Under the pieces are notes generated by a model. It ran no database searches, had not been told where the DNA came from, and saw nothing but the letters and a program-made list of their open reading frames with translations. A stretch of DNA of 63,572 nt, counting the filler. It is 6 parts of 6 records of this genome, joined end to end, with 100 filler letters (N's around TTAATTAATTAA, not from the genome) between each part and the next. Parts side by side here need not be neighbours in the genome. Positions count along the whole stretch, not along the records: positions 1 to 12,197 come from DRR378314_2382; positions 12,298 to 23,821 come from DRR378314_2392; 4 more parts are not named here. One strand, given 5' to 3'. Below, in pieces: positions 1 through 12,636 of the stretch (the first letter of the stretch is position 1; the number at the start of each line of letters is the position of its first letter). A program made the translations under genes and the position numbers.

Positions 1-192
1 AGCACGTGCGGCGCAGCGGAAGCGAGGGTATCCTCCTTTGTCGCAAAGGGTACATGGTGGTGTCGTTTGGGTTTTGTTGAGAAGAGAGTGGGGAACGAGG
101 ATTGTACCATATTCGAATATTTACGATACGCTGTGCGAGTCTGAATTCCGAGGCCTGGCGCGCAAATCGCGCGCGACTGCGTTTCGCTGCAG

Positions 193-940
193 GGCTCGTC
201 GATGGACGGGAATGCGGTGGCGCTGCGATCTCGGGGCGTCACTCCCGCGACATCTTCTCAGCCGTTGGAACTGTTCCAATCCATCGGCTGGAAAGATGAA
301 AAACGTATTCGAAGGAATTTGCGACAACCGGGGTACGTTTTGATTTCTCTCTCGGGGTGGTCGCGTATTTGTTCGGTCCGCGTATGCAGTACTAATTTCA
401 CGGTCTGGCTGCCGAGGACGTCAGGCCCGCGACGATTCGGTGCAGGAGAGTGCGTGGACTGGCGCCGCCGTTCGCCTCCCGCCGAGCGCTATTGCTGCTA
501 CTTACATAACCTGATGGGCGCCCTGATGCTGCACCCAGGGCAAGTCTGGAGAAGACCCTCGTCCAGCTTTACAGTGAGTTCTCCGCGGCCAACGCAGGAG
601 CGTCGCAGAGCCCTGGGAAAACTCCGCGAAAACGCATTGCTGTTTTATAAGAGCAGTGCGCATGCAACGCAACGCTCGTGGGCAGAAGAGCATTGTGTTT
701 GTTGCTAAGAAGATGTTTGCGTGAAACGAACCGTAAGGGAAGGAAAAGAAAACAATGGTGTTTCCAATATATTCTATACTGCTGAAATATCGAAGGTTGT
801 ATTGGCTCAAGCCGCGCGAGACGCTCTATTCGTGCCTACAATGGTCTCCATCAACGCATTCTGTAGTTCGCCATGCGCTCCGGCGGCGCGCCGCAATGAT
901 GATTGGTAGCCGCGAAGCCCATCCGCAATCCAAAGGCTAG
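193..940 (+). CDS. Putative 3' exons of an unknown spliced eukaryotic gene (193-332, 446-539, 796-940)
   Basis: Acceptors CAG/CAG/AAG and donors GTACGT (333) and GCAAGT (540) join in phase to ...GICDNRG|ECVDW...MLHPG|LYWLKPR...KG*. No recognisable domain. Confidence 0.3.
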
Positions 941-955
941 CACTGCGCCTGCGAG

Positions 956-3900
956 CTACGACAGGCACTCTCGACACAGCTCTTCTAAAGACTGCATTGC
1001 CATCGACGCATACCCCGCGCCAAATAGATTGTAGTGGTTCAAAATATGGTAAAGATTGTACAGGGTGACGCGGTCGCTGTGCCCCGCATCGAGTGGATAC
1101 ACTTCGCTGTAGCCGCTGTAAAATCCCCGACCAAACTGCACCGCACGAAGCCACAGAGCGCCCAGTTTTCTCCGGAATGTTAAGAGTGTAAATTTTCTTT
1201 CGCTTCTGGATTTACCCACAATGCTGACTCGGAAGAAAAATGCTACCTTGTGGAACCCATTTCGAGCGCAAAAGAGGAGGCAGGGTCTGCCAACGCGCGG
1301 CGCCTATGCAAAAGCGCTGTGATCTGTGCGACTGCGAAACGACGCCGCCTGGGCTAAAGATTCAATGCGGCAGAGTGGACAGAGCTCCGCGCTAGCAACA
1401 CGTACTCCACCAAATAGCTTTGTCATCGCAATATCCACCTGCACATGAAAGCGAAACAAGCCAAAAAGAATATTGGGAACATGAAGAAGCATCAGTGCGT
1501 TGACACTTGCGTCAGGACGTAGCCAATGCAGTGTCAATGCGTAGTTGATCCACACATCGATCAACCTGCCTGCGTACCTCCCGGTCACCGTAATACGCTG
1601 CGGGATCATAGAGTACGGGGCGACCGTGGCGATCAAAGCTTGCATTTCCTCCCCAGAGGTCGCCGTGCACGAGGGAGGCCTCTGGCATGTAATCTCCGAA
1701 AAGTACGTCTAAAGGACGGGGCCGAGAGTGCGAAAGCGAAGCACGTAAGGCCATCTGCGCGGTTGCTATCTGGTCCGACACCTCTGAGAAGGGGGGGGGG
1801 CTATTTGCTCACAATGGCGACGACCTGCTCAGAAAGTACGCGGTTTCCGCTGTCATAGGACGGCACGTCCGTACCAATATGTTCGAGCATAGTTGCCGTT
1901 CCTTCCGTTGGCTTCAGACCGTTCTCTTCGGCGAGTTTCAGCTGGGGAGCCAATCGACACCGAACGAACCATTGTGACCACTGCATATTGCATATTGTTG
2001 CACACGAAGAAAATCAAAGCACAGCACATTCCGCGGGGAGTGTTCGGTCACTGCAGCAGGAAGCTTCAGCGCCCACCATGACGCTCAAACACAGAACAGG
2101 AAATGCTTGGAAGCTTTCGCTGGTGCACGCTAGCGCGTAGAGGAACGCAGAAGAAGGGGTATAAAGTATGTAATACTGCTTAAGATTACACAGGGAAGGA
2201 ACTCCACACGAGCTCACCAACAGACTTTAATTTGGAAGACTGTAATTCGGGCCGGAAGAGCCACATTGTCGGGCCCATCTCGGCAATTGTGAGAGCACGC
2301 GTACACGAATCATGGAAGGCCGCTGGTGCAATGCTTCCTGCGACAAGCAATTGCTCTTGCAAAGCGCTGCCGTCGCAGAAAAAGCTTTCAGGAGGGTTTA
2401 TATTGCAATGAAAACACTTTTCGGTTTGCACAATCGAGTCTTTTTCTCCACGCAGTCAAGCATAGGCCAACTGGATGTGGGACCAATCTCTCGCAGCACA
2501 GCCCTCAGTGCGACACACGGTGCAATCATTATTGGTTCGAATTCTCGAGAAGAAGGAGAAAGGGAAAAAAAAAAGAAAAAAAGAAACAGCAACAACGCAG
2601 GTTCCCGTTTCGAAACGCGGCATTCCGCAACATACACGCGCCACAAGAAGACCCTAAGATACACATAGCTGCATTGCAGAAAGCGCTGTAGGAGCGCGTG
2701 GAGGCAACAATACCGCGCGTACAAATCAACGTGCATGCTGTGCTATGCAGACGCACGCGTGCGTACCGATTCCCCCTCGCGGGACCAGTCGTTTGTTTGA
2801 GGAGTCGTGCCTATGTAGTTGTCACGATCGAAGCCGAAGCGCTTCTCACGGGTGGACAAGTGAAGCTCTGCAAGCTTCGCACCGCGCAATGGACCTTCCT
2901 CTTTTTGGTAAGGCATGCCATCAGAGAAACGCCCTCGCAGCGCTCGAGCAGTTTGCGGCAGTTCGGCCTGCCGCTGCAACCGCCTTACAGTACCTGTCTC
3001 CCCATCAATCGCCACTGTGCGTCTGACGCAGAAGTTGTTGCAAGGTCCAAGTCTTCGAGCACTACAGCCCATCATACAACAAGATAGTGAAGAGAAGTAT
3101 ATACGATATTGTGGCGTAAGAACAGACAAAGGACCAGACCTGCGCTTCCGTGATAGCGCAACGCAACGACGGAGCAAGGACTGGAAGCACGAGTAGGCTC
3201 GCCTGCCTGCCGGCGCGCGGAGCAAGAACCGTGCACGTACCCAGCACGGCCTGGCCATCCTGACAGCCGTATCCAACTGGATTTGGCGTACGAATGGGCG
3301 ATCCCCGCTCCAGAAATACAGTCAGAGAATGATACTCAGCAGTGAGCTACGATGCAAGACAAAGACAGGACAGATTGCACATAAATGTAAGCAATACATT
3401 GTCCGGGAATAGTCTGAAGCAGGAATAGCTTGACAGTCTACGCTTTCACACGTGAGGGACCGGCAGGAGCTCGTCGATGACAGTGACGCAAGCGGCGCCG
3501 CACAAATGGAAGCGGGTTGAGCAGGTGTATAAGCTGCTGCTGTTACATTTATTCGCTGCAATGTAATTCTTCTCTGACTCGATAGACAAGAAACAGTGCA
3601 GAATGCGCCAAAATGCGTACCATGTCGGCTGCGACTGCGGAGTTACTGTACTTTGCAAAGTAGCGAACGTTTCCGCCGCGCGTCGCTACCATGCACGCAT
3701 CGTTGATGTCTCCACCGCCAACAGGAGTCAAATACACGATTCCCGGGTCCGCACCTGAAGGAACGACAGAAAACAAAAGAAATACACAGTCATGATATCA
3801 CCAGAACAGCTGTGATACAGTGTGCGATTGTGCTCTTCCCAGGGTGCGCCGGGCCGCAGCTCGTGCGCGCGCAACCGCATGCTGTACACACGCAAGCGCA

Positions 3901-4012
3901 GCGTTGACGCGTCCGCACAGCCTGCAACCGCAGCTTGCGAGCAAGCGGGCACCTTACCGAGCGAAGCCGTCAGAACGCCCCGTACAAGCGTACTATTTAA
4001 TGTACACGGCAT
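956..4012 (-). CDS. Fructosamine/ketosamine-3-kinase family protein, 9 exons (~306 aa)
   Basis: Exons 4012-3958, 3754-3621, 3346-3241, 3061-2994, 2874-2767, 1980-1875, 1708-1578, 1438-1406 and 1135-956 join in phase through GT-AG introns (921 nt). Motifs [69 protein letters not shown]. The start could instead be the in-frame ATG at 4096. Confidence 0.9.
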
Positions 4013-4318
4013 TACTTCCTTTCTGCGGACCGCAAGCCATGAATGTTGCCACTGCCGTTTGGGGAGGGTAGGTGGTAAGTGGTCTGGAGCGCACATGCGA
4101 AAGTGTTTTTCGCTCGACGATCCGCAAAGTTTTCTTTGGAACCCTTTTAATGGTCGTTTCACTTATTGCAAATCTTACGTGCGATTGGAGTCTGTGCGTC
4201 TGCGCGTCTGAAGCGGTCCCATACCGGAAGCGTTACTGCCAAGGACCGGCTGTGCCGCGCTCGTCTTCCAACGCGCGCAGAGAGGTCGAAGCCCGAACGC
4301 TTTCTGCAAATCCAGACG

Positions 4319-4392
4319 TTTGCGACTCATCGGAGGCTCCGCTACTCCTCGTTTCGAACTCAAAACGATTCGCTAGTCTTTGCGACTCATCG
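4319..4392. repeat. 14-bp direct repeat TTTGCGACTCATCG x2 in the divergent intergenic region
   Basis: Identical copies at 4319-4332 and 4379-4392, 60 bp apart. Confidence 0.6.
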
Positions 4393-4807
4393 ACTCACCA
4401 AGGGCGCCTTCAACAGTTCTTGGTGGGCGGCGTTTCCTTTCCTATTCTCTGTTTCGCGCAGCGAAGGCGTTGCCCAGGCTCCCTGCGCGAACCACAAATT
4501 TTTTTCGTTTCCGAATTCAAAAGGGCGATCCGTTGCGCCGTCCCATCGCAGGTGCACCTGCGAAAGCGAAAGAAAAAAATTCTGGCCGGCCTCGTTCGCG
4601 AGCGCGCCGCTCTCCGCTGTGGCCAAACTGTGCGCTGCAACAGCCCGTACCTGTAGAGCGTTTGTGAGCTAGTATTTTCGCGCTTTTGCTTACGCAGAGA
4701 AAACGATCATAGTTGTGCGCTCGTTCTTGTTGCTCAGCACATATTTTGCGGGTGGTATCTTCTCGTTTGTCCACCGAGCTGCCGTGGAGGGTTTCGCTGA
4801 GGCTCTC

Positions 4808-7800
4808 ATGGCAGAAGAGCAGTCTTGCAGCAACCGCGCGACCAGCGGCAGCCACGGACCTCGGCAAGACGGCCTTCTTCAGAACACCGACCGTGCAGAC
4901 GGGACGTGGTCGTCGCGTTCCGCAACGCCTCCCCTGGATGCTCACTGCTCTAGGCCCGGTACAGATGATGATGGAGTTGGTAGCATGGAATCATGTGGGC
5001 CGGAAAGCGATCGTGACGAAGGTGCCGTGCGGGTTCACCGCAGATTGGACAATGAAGACGACGCTGCTGCGTCGTGCGTTTCAGAACTGGACGGTACGCG
5101 CACCTGCAGGCAATTGCTCTACGTGCGCACGTGGGTACAGAAGACCGGTGCGCGAGCTCGCGCACTTTTCGGACAGCCACCGCCTATTATAACATCGGTC
5201 GGGTATTGAGTTTTGTAAATTCAGTTGTTGGCAGTGCTGTTGTTTGCCAGAAGCGTGTAAGTGTGTCACGGCAATGGCGAAGGAAGCTGCTTGCAGGACC
5301 AACGCGTGCTTTGGAGAGCGTTGCCGCGGTAGATCTGGCTCAGTCACTCCGCAGCTGCACACGACGAAATTCTCCCTGCTCGATCAGCACTGGCATAGCT
5401 CGCCCTGTGCTCGTAACGGAGAGTGCTTTCATAACATTATACAATTTACTTTGTCGTAATTGTAACGAGGCATTTCAAAATATACGCAAGATGGCGGACG
5501 AATCGGCTGTCTGCTCGCTTGCAGCGTTAGCCACGTCTTTCTTCCTCGCGTGTGGAGCTGCGCGAACGAGTGCCTGACCGTGCTGCACCCGTCTTGCTGC
5601 TATGCAGATGCGCGAGGCGTCATTGTCGCTACGATGCAGCGCTTGCGGAGTTTTCACACTTCGTCGCAACAATGGAAACACACAAAAGATGTGTGCGAAG
5701 AACAACTTAGCTGGCTATCCGATCTGCTGTTGAACGCGCGCCTCCCGCGCATCGCTGTAATCGGCCGACGTGGAGCAGGTAGGTTTTGCAAGTTTGCGTC
5801 CTACAACCTGTGTGGGCGCACGCGTGCTAGAGCGCCAAGAGAGTGGCAGTCTTGTTTGGCATGCTGGGCATTCCGACCGCCCACGTGGCGATTTCTTTCC
5901 TACTATGCATAGTTGTACTTATGTATTTCGATCGGTGATTCTGTCATGCTGGACAGCGCTCGTTCCCACGCGTGGTACAAAGGCTGCTCGTGGGTCATCG
6001 GCTTGCCGCTCTCGCCTTGCTTTCTCGCGCGGCGCCTCTTCCCTGACCTCGCAGCTCGCTGGCGCTCTTCGGCACTGAGCCTGCAGGCTGAGTTTTCTGC
6101 AAAGTGCCAGATGGAGTCACTCCGTGTGTTAATGTACAACCGGAATTTTCACTGTCGCTTGCTGCTGTTCTTGGTCCTGTTCTGAATGGCGGGTGCGGCG
6201 GCAGGAAAATCCTCGCTGATCAACGCCATCTTTGGCCGTTACGTGGCTGCAGTCGGTAGTGTCCAAGCGAAGACTGCCAAAGCGCAATGGTACAAGCTTT
6301 ATGCGACCGGGTACGATTTTTTCTCTCTTACAATTTATCTGAGAAGCGCGTCGTGGATTGCCAGGTGTTTCCAGAGCTTCTGTGAGCAATGAAGCGCGTG
6401 CGTTTGCATGATTTGGCTGTGAGAACGGGCACTATGCGGTCACCGTCCGGACTCCCGCTTCCGGCGCTGCACATCTGGACGGAGGTGTTCACCCATCCGC
6501 ATCAATGCCACTTCTATTTTCCTGATTCGTTTTCTGCCTAATACATGTCTTGTTCTCTGTGAGAGGTTTGTCGCTTCATAATATTCCTTTTTTCGACACT
6601 ATTCGCGGCGTTGCTACGTGCGTTGCAGAGCAAACGGTGAACAGGTGGAGCAACCCTGCCTAGGTACGTTTCTTTTTTCCCTTTCCATTTTCCATGATCA
6701 TTTTTTGGTTGTATGGCGCTGATCTGCATATATGAGTGCACTCATGTCGTATTCTGCTATTTTTTTCGGCGCATGCATGCACTACATCGGTGGGATGTTG
6801 TGATGCAACCCACCTCAAGCTCTCATTCTCCCCTCCTCTCTCCTACCAGCGATATACGTGGATGCATTCGCTACATTCAACGCATGGCGCCTTGTGCTAT
6901 CTTGCAGTCATCGATTGCAAAGGCATAGTAACACACTGAAAGTCGCACCAGAGGGAATAGGTGAAGTGCGGACAATAATACGCGCAGCCGCCGTGCCGTT
7001 TGTTTCTTGCCGCATGCTGTCACATGTGGTGCATCGCGCCAATGAACTCTCCTTTTTTTTCAGTTGCTCCTGCAATACTGCGCAGTATCCTTCAAGTATG
7101 CACACTTAAATTCGTTGCAAATATCAATTAATTCTGGTTTTATGTTGTTTATGCTTGGGTGTGGGTTCCTTTTTTTTTTTCTCGTACGGGCCTGTCTGGC
7201 ATCGGCGCAGAGGTGCTCGACACGCTGGGCTGCCAGCAAAGCATTTTCGAGTCGCTATCCGAGGACGAAAGCTCAAAACCATCGGCTACGCAAGCATTTG
7301 ATATGCTCCGCGAGATTATGACGCGAGAACTTCCCGATTGCATTTTATTTGTCGTCAAAGCGAAAGAAGTGGGTGCTGCTCTCGAGCCGGACATTTTGTT
7401 TACGGAGCAGGTGTGCACGCTGCTGCATGAGAAGTGGCAGGTTCATGTTCCTGTTATTGCAGTGGTGTCACAAGTTGATGAGCTCCCGCCGCGAACGAAA
7501 TTCGATCCTCAAACGTACCCAGAGAAGAAGTTGTCGCATATTCGCAGAGCTGTAGACGTTGTGCAGAACGCCTTCGCGCGCGTGGAACGTACTGTGCGGC
7601 TGCTGTGCGTGATCCCCACCAGCTCGTTGATGACGTGGACGGAGAGCCGCCAAGTCGATCAGGATTACCGATGGAACGTCGACCGCCTTTTCCATCTGCT
7701 GACGGAACGAATCGATGCAAAAGGTCTTTTTGCGCTGATTCGAAGCGCGCGAGTGGGGCGTGCTCGGGAGCAACTCGCGAATCGACTCTCGGATACGTTT

Positions 7801-8205
7801 GCGGGCGTCGCCAGAGCGATAGCGTCGCGCCCGATTCCACTGGCCGATATTGTTGCGGTAACACGGCTCCAGTTGCTCCTTGTGCGCACGATTGGACGCC
7901 TGGCGTCACCTGCTGATAGGGCGAGCTCGATATCTGGTCATAATGAGCGACATTTTGCCTATCGACTGTACGCCTCGCTTGGGACGCGCAGCAAAGCCAA
8001 ATTTTTCCTGCAGCAGGCCGCAGCGGTTGTTGCGTCGCTGGTGCCCGGAGTGGGTGATATGATTGAAGCGCATATCGCAGAAGCTTCCACACGCGCTCTT
8101 GGCCGCGCCGCGATTTCATTCTTCTTAAGCGATTCGCAACCTGGGGATGTCCAAATGATGTTTGAAGAGGCAAAAATGTCCTTGCAGAGAGATAGCAGTC
8201 TCTGA
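4808..8205 (+). CDS. Era/YeeP-like (MMR_HSR1-type) GTPase with C-terminal DUF697/YcjF-like helical region, 5 exons (~530 aa)
   Basis: Exons 4808-5093, 5608-5778, 6205-6310, 6629-6663 and 7211-8205 join in phase (1593 nt). The G1 motif GRRGAG|KSSLINAIFG is split by an intron. Also G3-like LDTLG, G4-like SQVDE and the C-terminal PIPLADIVAVTRLQ motif. Confidence 0.85.
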
Positions 8206-9254
8206 CGCGCGTGTGCGAATGCCGGGAGACCCGCAGATGTGCATGTGCAGCATGCATACTACTCCCTACACAGAGAACGAACACCGCTCCGCATGTAGTC
8301 CTGATTTTTGCCTCTCCCCTCGCCTTGTTTTGTTGAACAAGTCGCTGGGAGGTGTGAATGACCGCAAGGATTAAGACCCTGCGATTATTCGTGCCGTGTC
8401 TCTGAGAAAGCAGACAATATCATTCAACACTGCGGACATTGCACAACGTCCGGTTGCGCAAGGCTGAGCCGGCGACATGCTCGCACGCACAGGGGAGGTG
8501 TCGGCCGCCTCCGCCCGCTGTGCACAGGACCCCGTGCCACGCGTCTTGTTGCCCAGCACGGCCATTGGGTCTCGCAAGTCGCAGCTTACGCTGCGATCTC
8601 TTGTTTTTTTTAAAAAAAGCATTTTTAGGGTTATTCTGTGGTGTGATAAATGGACGTAATACAGTGTGCATGTGACTGTGGCGGAGGTCGCTCGCCGGTC
8701 GTTCACGGGCAGCTACCGCCAGCGGAGGGCAACGTGAACGACACAGCTGCACGCTGCTCTCTTTGCTGTTCGCAATTGAAAGATCCACGAAAGTGGGCTC
8801 TTGCGCCCATGAGAAAGCGACTGTGCACAAGAACAGGCTTGCAGCGCGCAGGTGTTTGGTCATCGCCTTTGTAAGCCACAGACATAGTGCACTGCTTGTG
8901 ACTCGTCTCTTGCATACAGCTTGAGAGTGAAGTGGTGTGGTGCGCAGACGAGAGTGAGTGCTGCAGATGTAGAGTGCACGGGCGCTCGAGCGCTCGGGCG
9001 TTGGGCAGGAGATGAGTAGTCGTCCGCTTCCTTTCTCCCTTCACAAGTCGCACACACACACGCACGAAGTTGGGCGCGCCTGAATTCCCATGTTTTAGCA
9101 TTCTGTGTGTCACGCTTGTGTGTAAGTAGCGACATCTTTTTCCTTGGTTTATTTCGCAATTGGAAGTGCGTATATCCCAGCAGCACGGGCGGGGACGGCT
9201 GAGGATTGTGCCTTTCGGATGATACCGCCTCGACCTGAGCACACTCGACAAAAC

Positions 9255-11942
9255 TCACAGCTGCACGTTTACGTCATCGGCATTCGAATGTCCTGACAGG
9301 GATTTGTCAAGTGATTTAGGTGCGTATTGAGCAACTCCTTTGTTATCCTCCAGATCGAGCAAGTAGCAGATCACGAGGGCGTCGACGCCAGTTTCGTATA
9401 CTTCAAGGAATGCGCCTGCAATGAAATATCCCGCGATGAACATCACGATGACTACAGCAGTATCTGCATCCCGGTAGCTCAGCCGCCCCGTCTCGTATAA
9501 AATCCCAATTCCTGCTGCCGCTCCCGCGACAAAGAGCTTTCCGAGGAAAAGGAATACAGAAGACAGAATATTCACTGTCGCTAACCGCATGATATTGCGC
9601 GTAATAAGAGCAAACGCGGTTTTCATTGAGCGGCAGAACGAGCTGCCACGCACTGCTGTGATCACGTATGCGTTCTTGTTGACAAATTCCAAGAAGCGCT
9701 GGAAACACGCGAGGCAGCACTGAATACACGACAGGAGGAATGCAGCAATTTTTGCCTTCTCCTTGACAACGCGCAGCTTTTTGGCGACATACGCAAAGAG
9801 TACGCGGATAGTGGCGACGATGGCTGTTATGAGAGAGCCAAACGCAACCGTGCCGAGATGGTAGCGGAATGTGCGCCCTACGCTGCGCCTTAGGGGGCGA
9901 TCCAGACTCGTCCGATCGCTGCTGTAGTACCATGTTGCATACGCGCCGGACGCAGAGAGATCCGTTACACTTCCCACAAACTTGATTGCCCAGAAGAATC
10001 CGAGAACATGGTACAGCATCATGTAGCGAATGGTCTTGTCCCATTCGTACGCGCCGCTTTGCTCGTTGAAGGTCCCTGCGCTACCGATAAAGAGAATCCC
10101 AACAACTGCGTATCCAATGATAACTGCAAAGGCCACGTTCGTTGCGAGAGGCAATAGAACAAGCAATACCATTTGTGAAATTGCTCGCGACGCCTCGCCC
10201 ATAAGCCGTGTAGCCTCTGTTATGCGTCGGCACATGAACAGCGAGAGAAGCAGTGCGACGACCGACAGCAGCGCAAAGACGACAGCAAGTGCTACAAGCA
10301 GCGACTTTTCAATTTGTATGGAATCGACGTCGAACGGAATACTGACATCACCGGGGAGCTTTGAGGGATCTAACCACCCAAGTTTGATAAACGATGCTGC
10401 AGTAAGAGCAAGAAGCACTAGATCCACTCCAATAATGGATATCCAGGCGATCGGTAGAGCAAGGAACCTGAGCAGGTATATGTACGCAAACCCGAGAACA
10501 AGGGCGGCACCACACGCGATGCCAATCGCTGCTGAATGATCGTTCAGCTTCCCCATGATCTGCTCGGCAACCTCTTCAGAGTTGTTCAATATGTTCTTAA
10601 ATGATTCAGCATACTGGCTGTTTGTCGCCTCAGTAAAGTCGGGTATACACCGGTTGAATGCCTTGACCGTAGCATAGACGTTGAAGCAGTCGCTTCGAAG
10701 CACGGCAGCAGGTATGTCTGCCTCGCTTGCTGGCGTTTTGCCATACTTGCAAACGACGGAAGAAAACCCGCTCGACGATGCGCTGTAACACCCACACCGC
10801 CAACAAGGTAGCGCAACAAATATACTTAGCTTGTCTTACGCCTGGAAGCTACATCGCATGGAGCAGGTGTTGGACGATACTGGGCGTCGTTTGTGCCAGT
10901 CCCCGGAGCTGCTCCGGAAGAAAGGGGTTCCCGGTTCTTTCTTCACGGGCCATCGGATCTAGGCTCTTCCGGTGCTTATTCGTTTAACGTAGTTTTTCTT
11001 TCGGAGCTAATGCTGCTGCTATTTTTCTTTAGCTTAGCATAGCGATTCGGGAAAATAATACTGAAATGTTCTCTTCTCTGCACAGCATTTCATACTGTTT
11101 GCACTGCAGGCAGGTTAAGGGCCAAGTGCAGACACCCATTCCGCAGGCGGCTCAGTGCCTGGACAAGACACTATCCCGTCTCACCTGCCAAACCAACTCT
11201 GGCGTGTGTTATGCACCGCGCACTTTCGAATTTGGAACGGTTACACGGGAAAGCAATTGCACAACAACATATGCATCGACTTTCCACTTTGAACAATCGG
11301 GTCACATGGAATGGCTTGTACCAGCTACGTGCGATGCTGCATGCGTGGTGATCAGGCCGAAAGGCGAGGGTGGAGCAGCATCCCTCGCGCAGTGGGGCCT
11401 CCCAGCAACGTAAATGTACGAGGGAACAGGGCCTGCCCTGCTGCCAGGTCCGCTTGGGCTAGCACAGGCGATATTGATTGCGACGGTCATTTTACGCGCA
11501 CACGCAAAGCATGATGGACTGCCATATCTACCACGCTTTCAGTATCGCGCCTCGCGGAACCACACAATACGAAGAAGAGAGCGCCGCCAATATGACCAAA
11601 ACCTGCAGTCCTGTGGTCATTGGCAGCTCCTGCTTTGAAGGTGGAGGAGGGGGGGTACGCGTTTGTGCGGGCCTCAGAGCTGTGCAAGCGAGAGCTGCAG
11701 TGTGCGTTCTTCAACGTGTAACGAAGAAACGGGATGTCATGATGTATGAAAATAAATATATGAGAAGTGGAGGTATATTTGGGCTTGCAGTACAAACGAA
11801 AACGTACTCCTGCGCAGTTGGGCACGACTCCACACATATGGAGAATCCACGGTTCGAAGGCTCCGGGAAGAAGTTGTACAGCCTGCCATCCAGGTCACCG
11901 CGGCCACATGTTTGTCCAAGATAATCGTACCCATTTACAATT
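9255..11942 (-). CDS. Choline transporter-like (CTL/SLC44) protein, spliced, 5' end missing
   Basis: Multi-TM ORF 9255-10703 with RYHLGTVAFGSLI, CCLACFQRFLEFVNKNAY and SFCRSMKTAF. An upstream exon at 11942-11808 encodes IVNGYDYLGQTCG...ICVESCP. Intervening exons were not resolved. Confidence 0.9.
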
Positions 11943-12197
11943 CTGCAGTATACATGAAGTATAGAACTTGGAAGTTATATACATCTTTGTGGAACGATTT
12001 CGTGACAAATTTCTCCCTGAATCACTGTAAAATTTGTCTGTAGAGGAAGATGCGCCATGTGGTGGACTTTCTACGAGTCGCTCCGCTGCCTCTTGCGCTC
12101 GGCTGCAGCATTGCCAGTGGTTTGCGCCCGCTCTTGCGTCTGAGTTCCTATCGAACTTGAATCTATGTACGAACATATCGAATAGCAAGATATCGTT

Positions 12198-12297
12198 NNN
12201 NNNNNNNNNNNNNNNNNNNNNNNNNNNNNNNNNNNNNNNNNTTAATTAATTAANNNNNNNNNNNNNNNNNNNNNNNNNNNNNNNNNNNNNNNNNNNN
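12198..12297. other. Artificial contig linker
   Basis: N44-TTAATTAATTAA-N44 (stops in all six frames). Confidence 0.98.
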
Positions 12298-12328
12298 GGT
12301 GGCCGCTTTGCTATATGGGGCTAGGGGA

Positions 12329-12360
12329 TAATGCCAGTCAGCCTTAAATGACTGGTATTA
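12329..12360. repeat. Short palindrome / hairpin
   Basis: TAATGCCAGTCA-N8-TGACTGGTATTA (11/12 arm match). Confidence 0.6.
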
Positions 12361-12636
12361 GTCTTAGGGCTGCCACTTAACTCTACTATTTCAAGCTCTT
12401 CCTTAATCGACCGCTAACAGGCTTGCCGACAAGCGACGTTTGGATAGCTTGCCAACATTGTCTGTTCCCTAAAGGGGATGAATGGAGGAGGGGCAGGTGA
12501 GATGGCGACAATAATCGGTTTCGAGCCTAAGCGGCCATCTGCCAGTGCATATTTACAGATCCTGTTAGTTAGCAATGCGCGCTTTTCTGATAAGGCCTAA
12601 GCTATAAGGACGTTTTCATGTTCCGTAGAGTAACCA

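Noticed and set aside
1790-2590. Poly-G run (~1790-1800) and A-rich tract (~2550-2590)
   Set aside because: Low-complexity intronic sequence in the fructosamine-kinase gene.
12198-12297. Recurrent TTAATTAATTAA motif flanked by N runs (five copies)
   Set aside because: Synthetic six-frame-stop spacer used to concatenate contigs, not biological.
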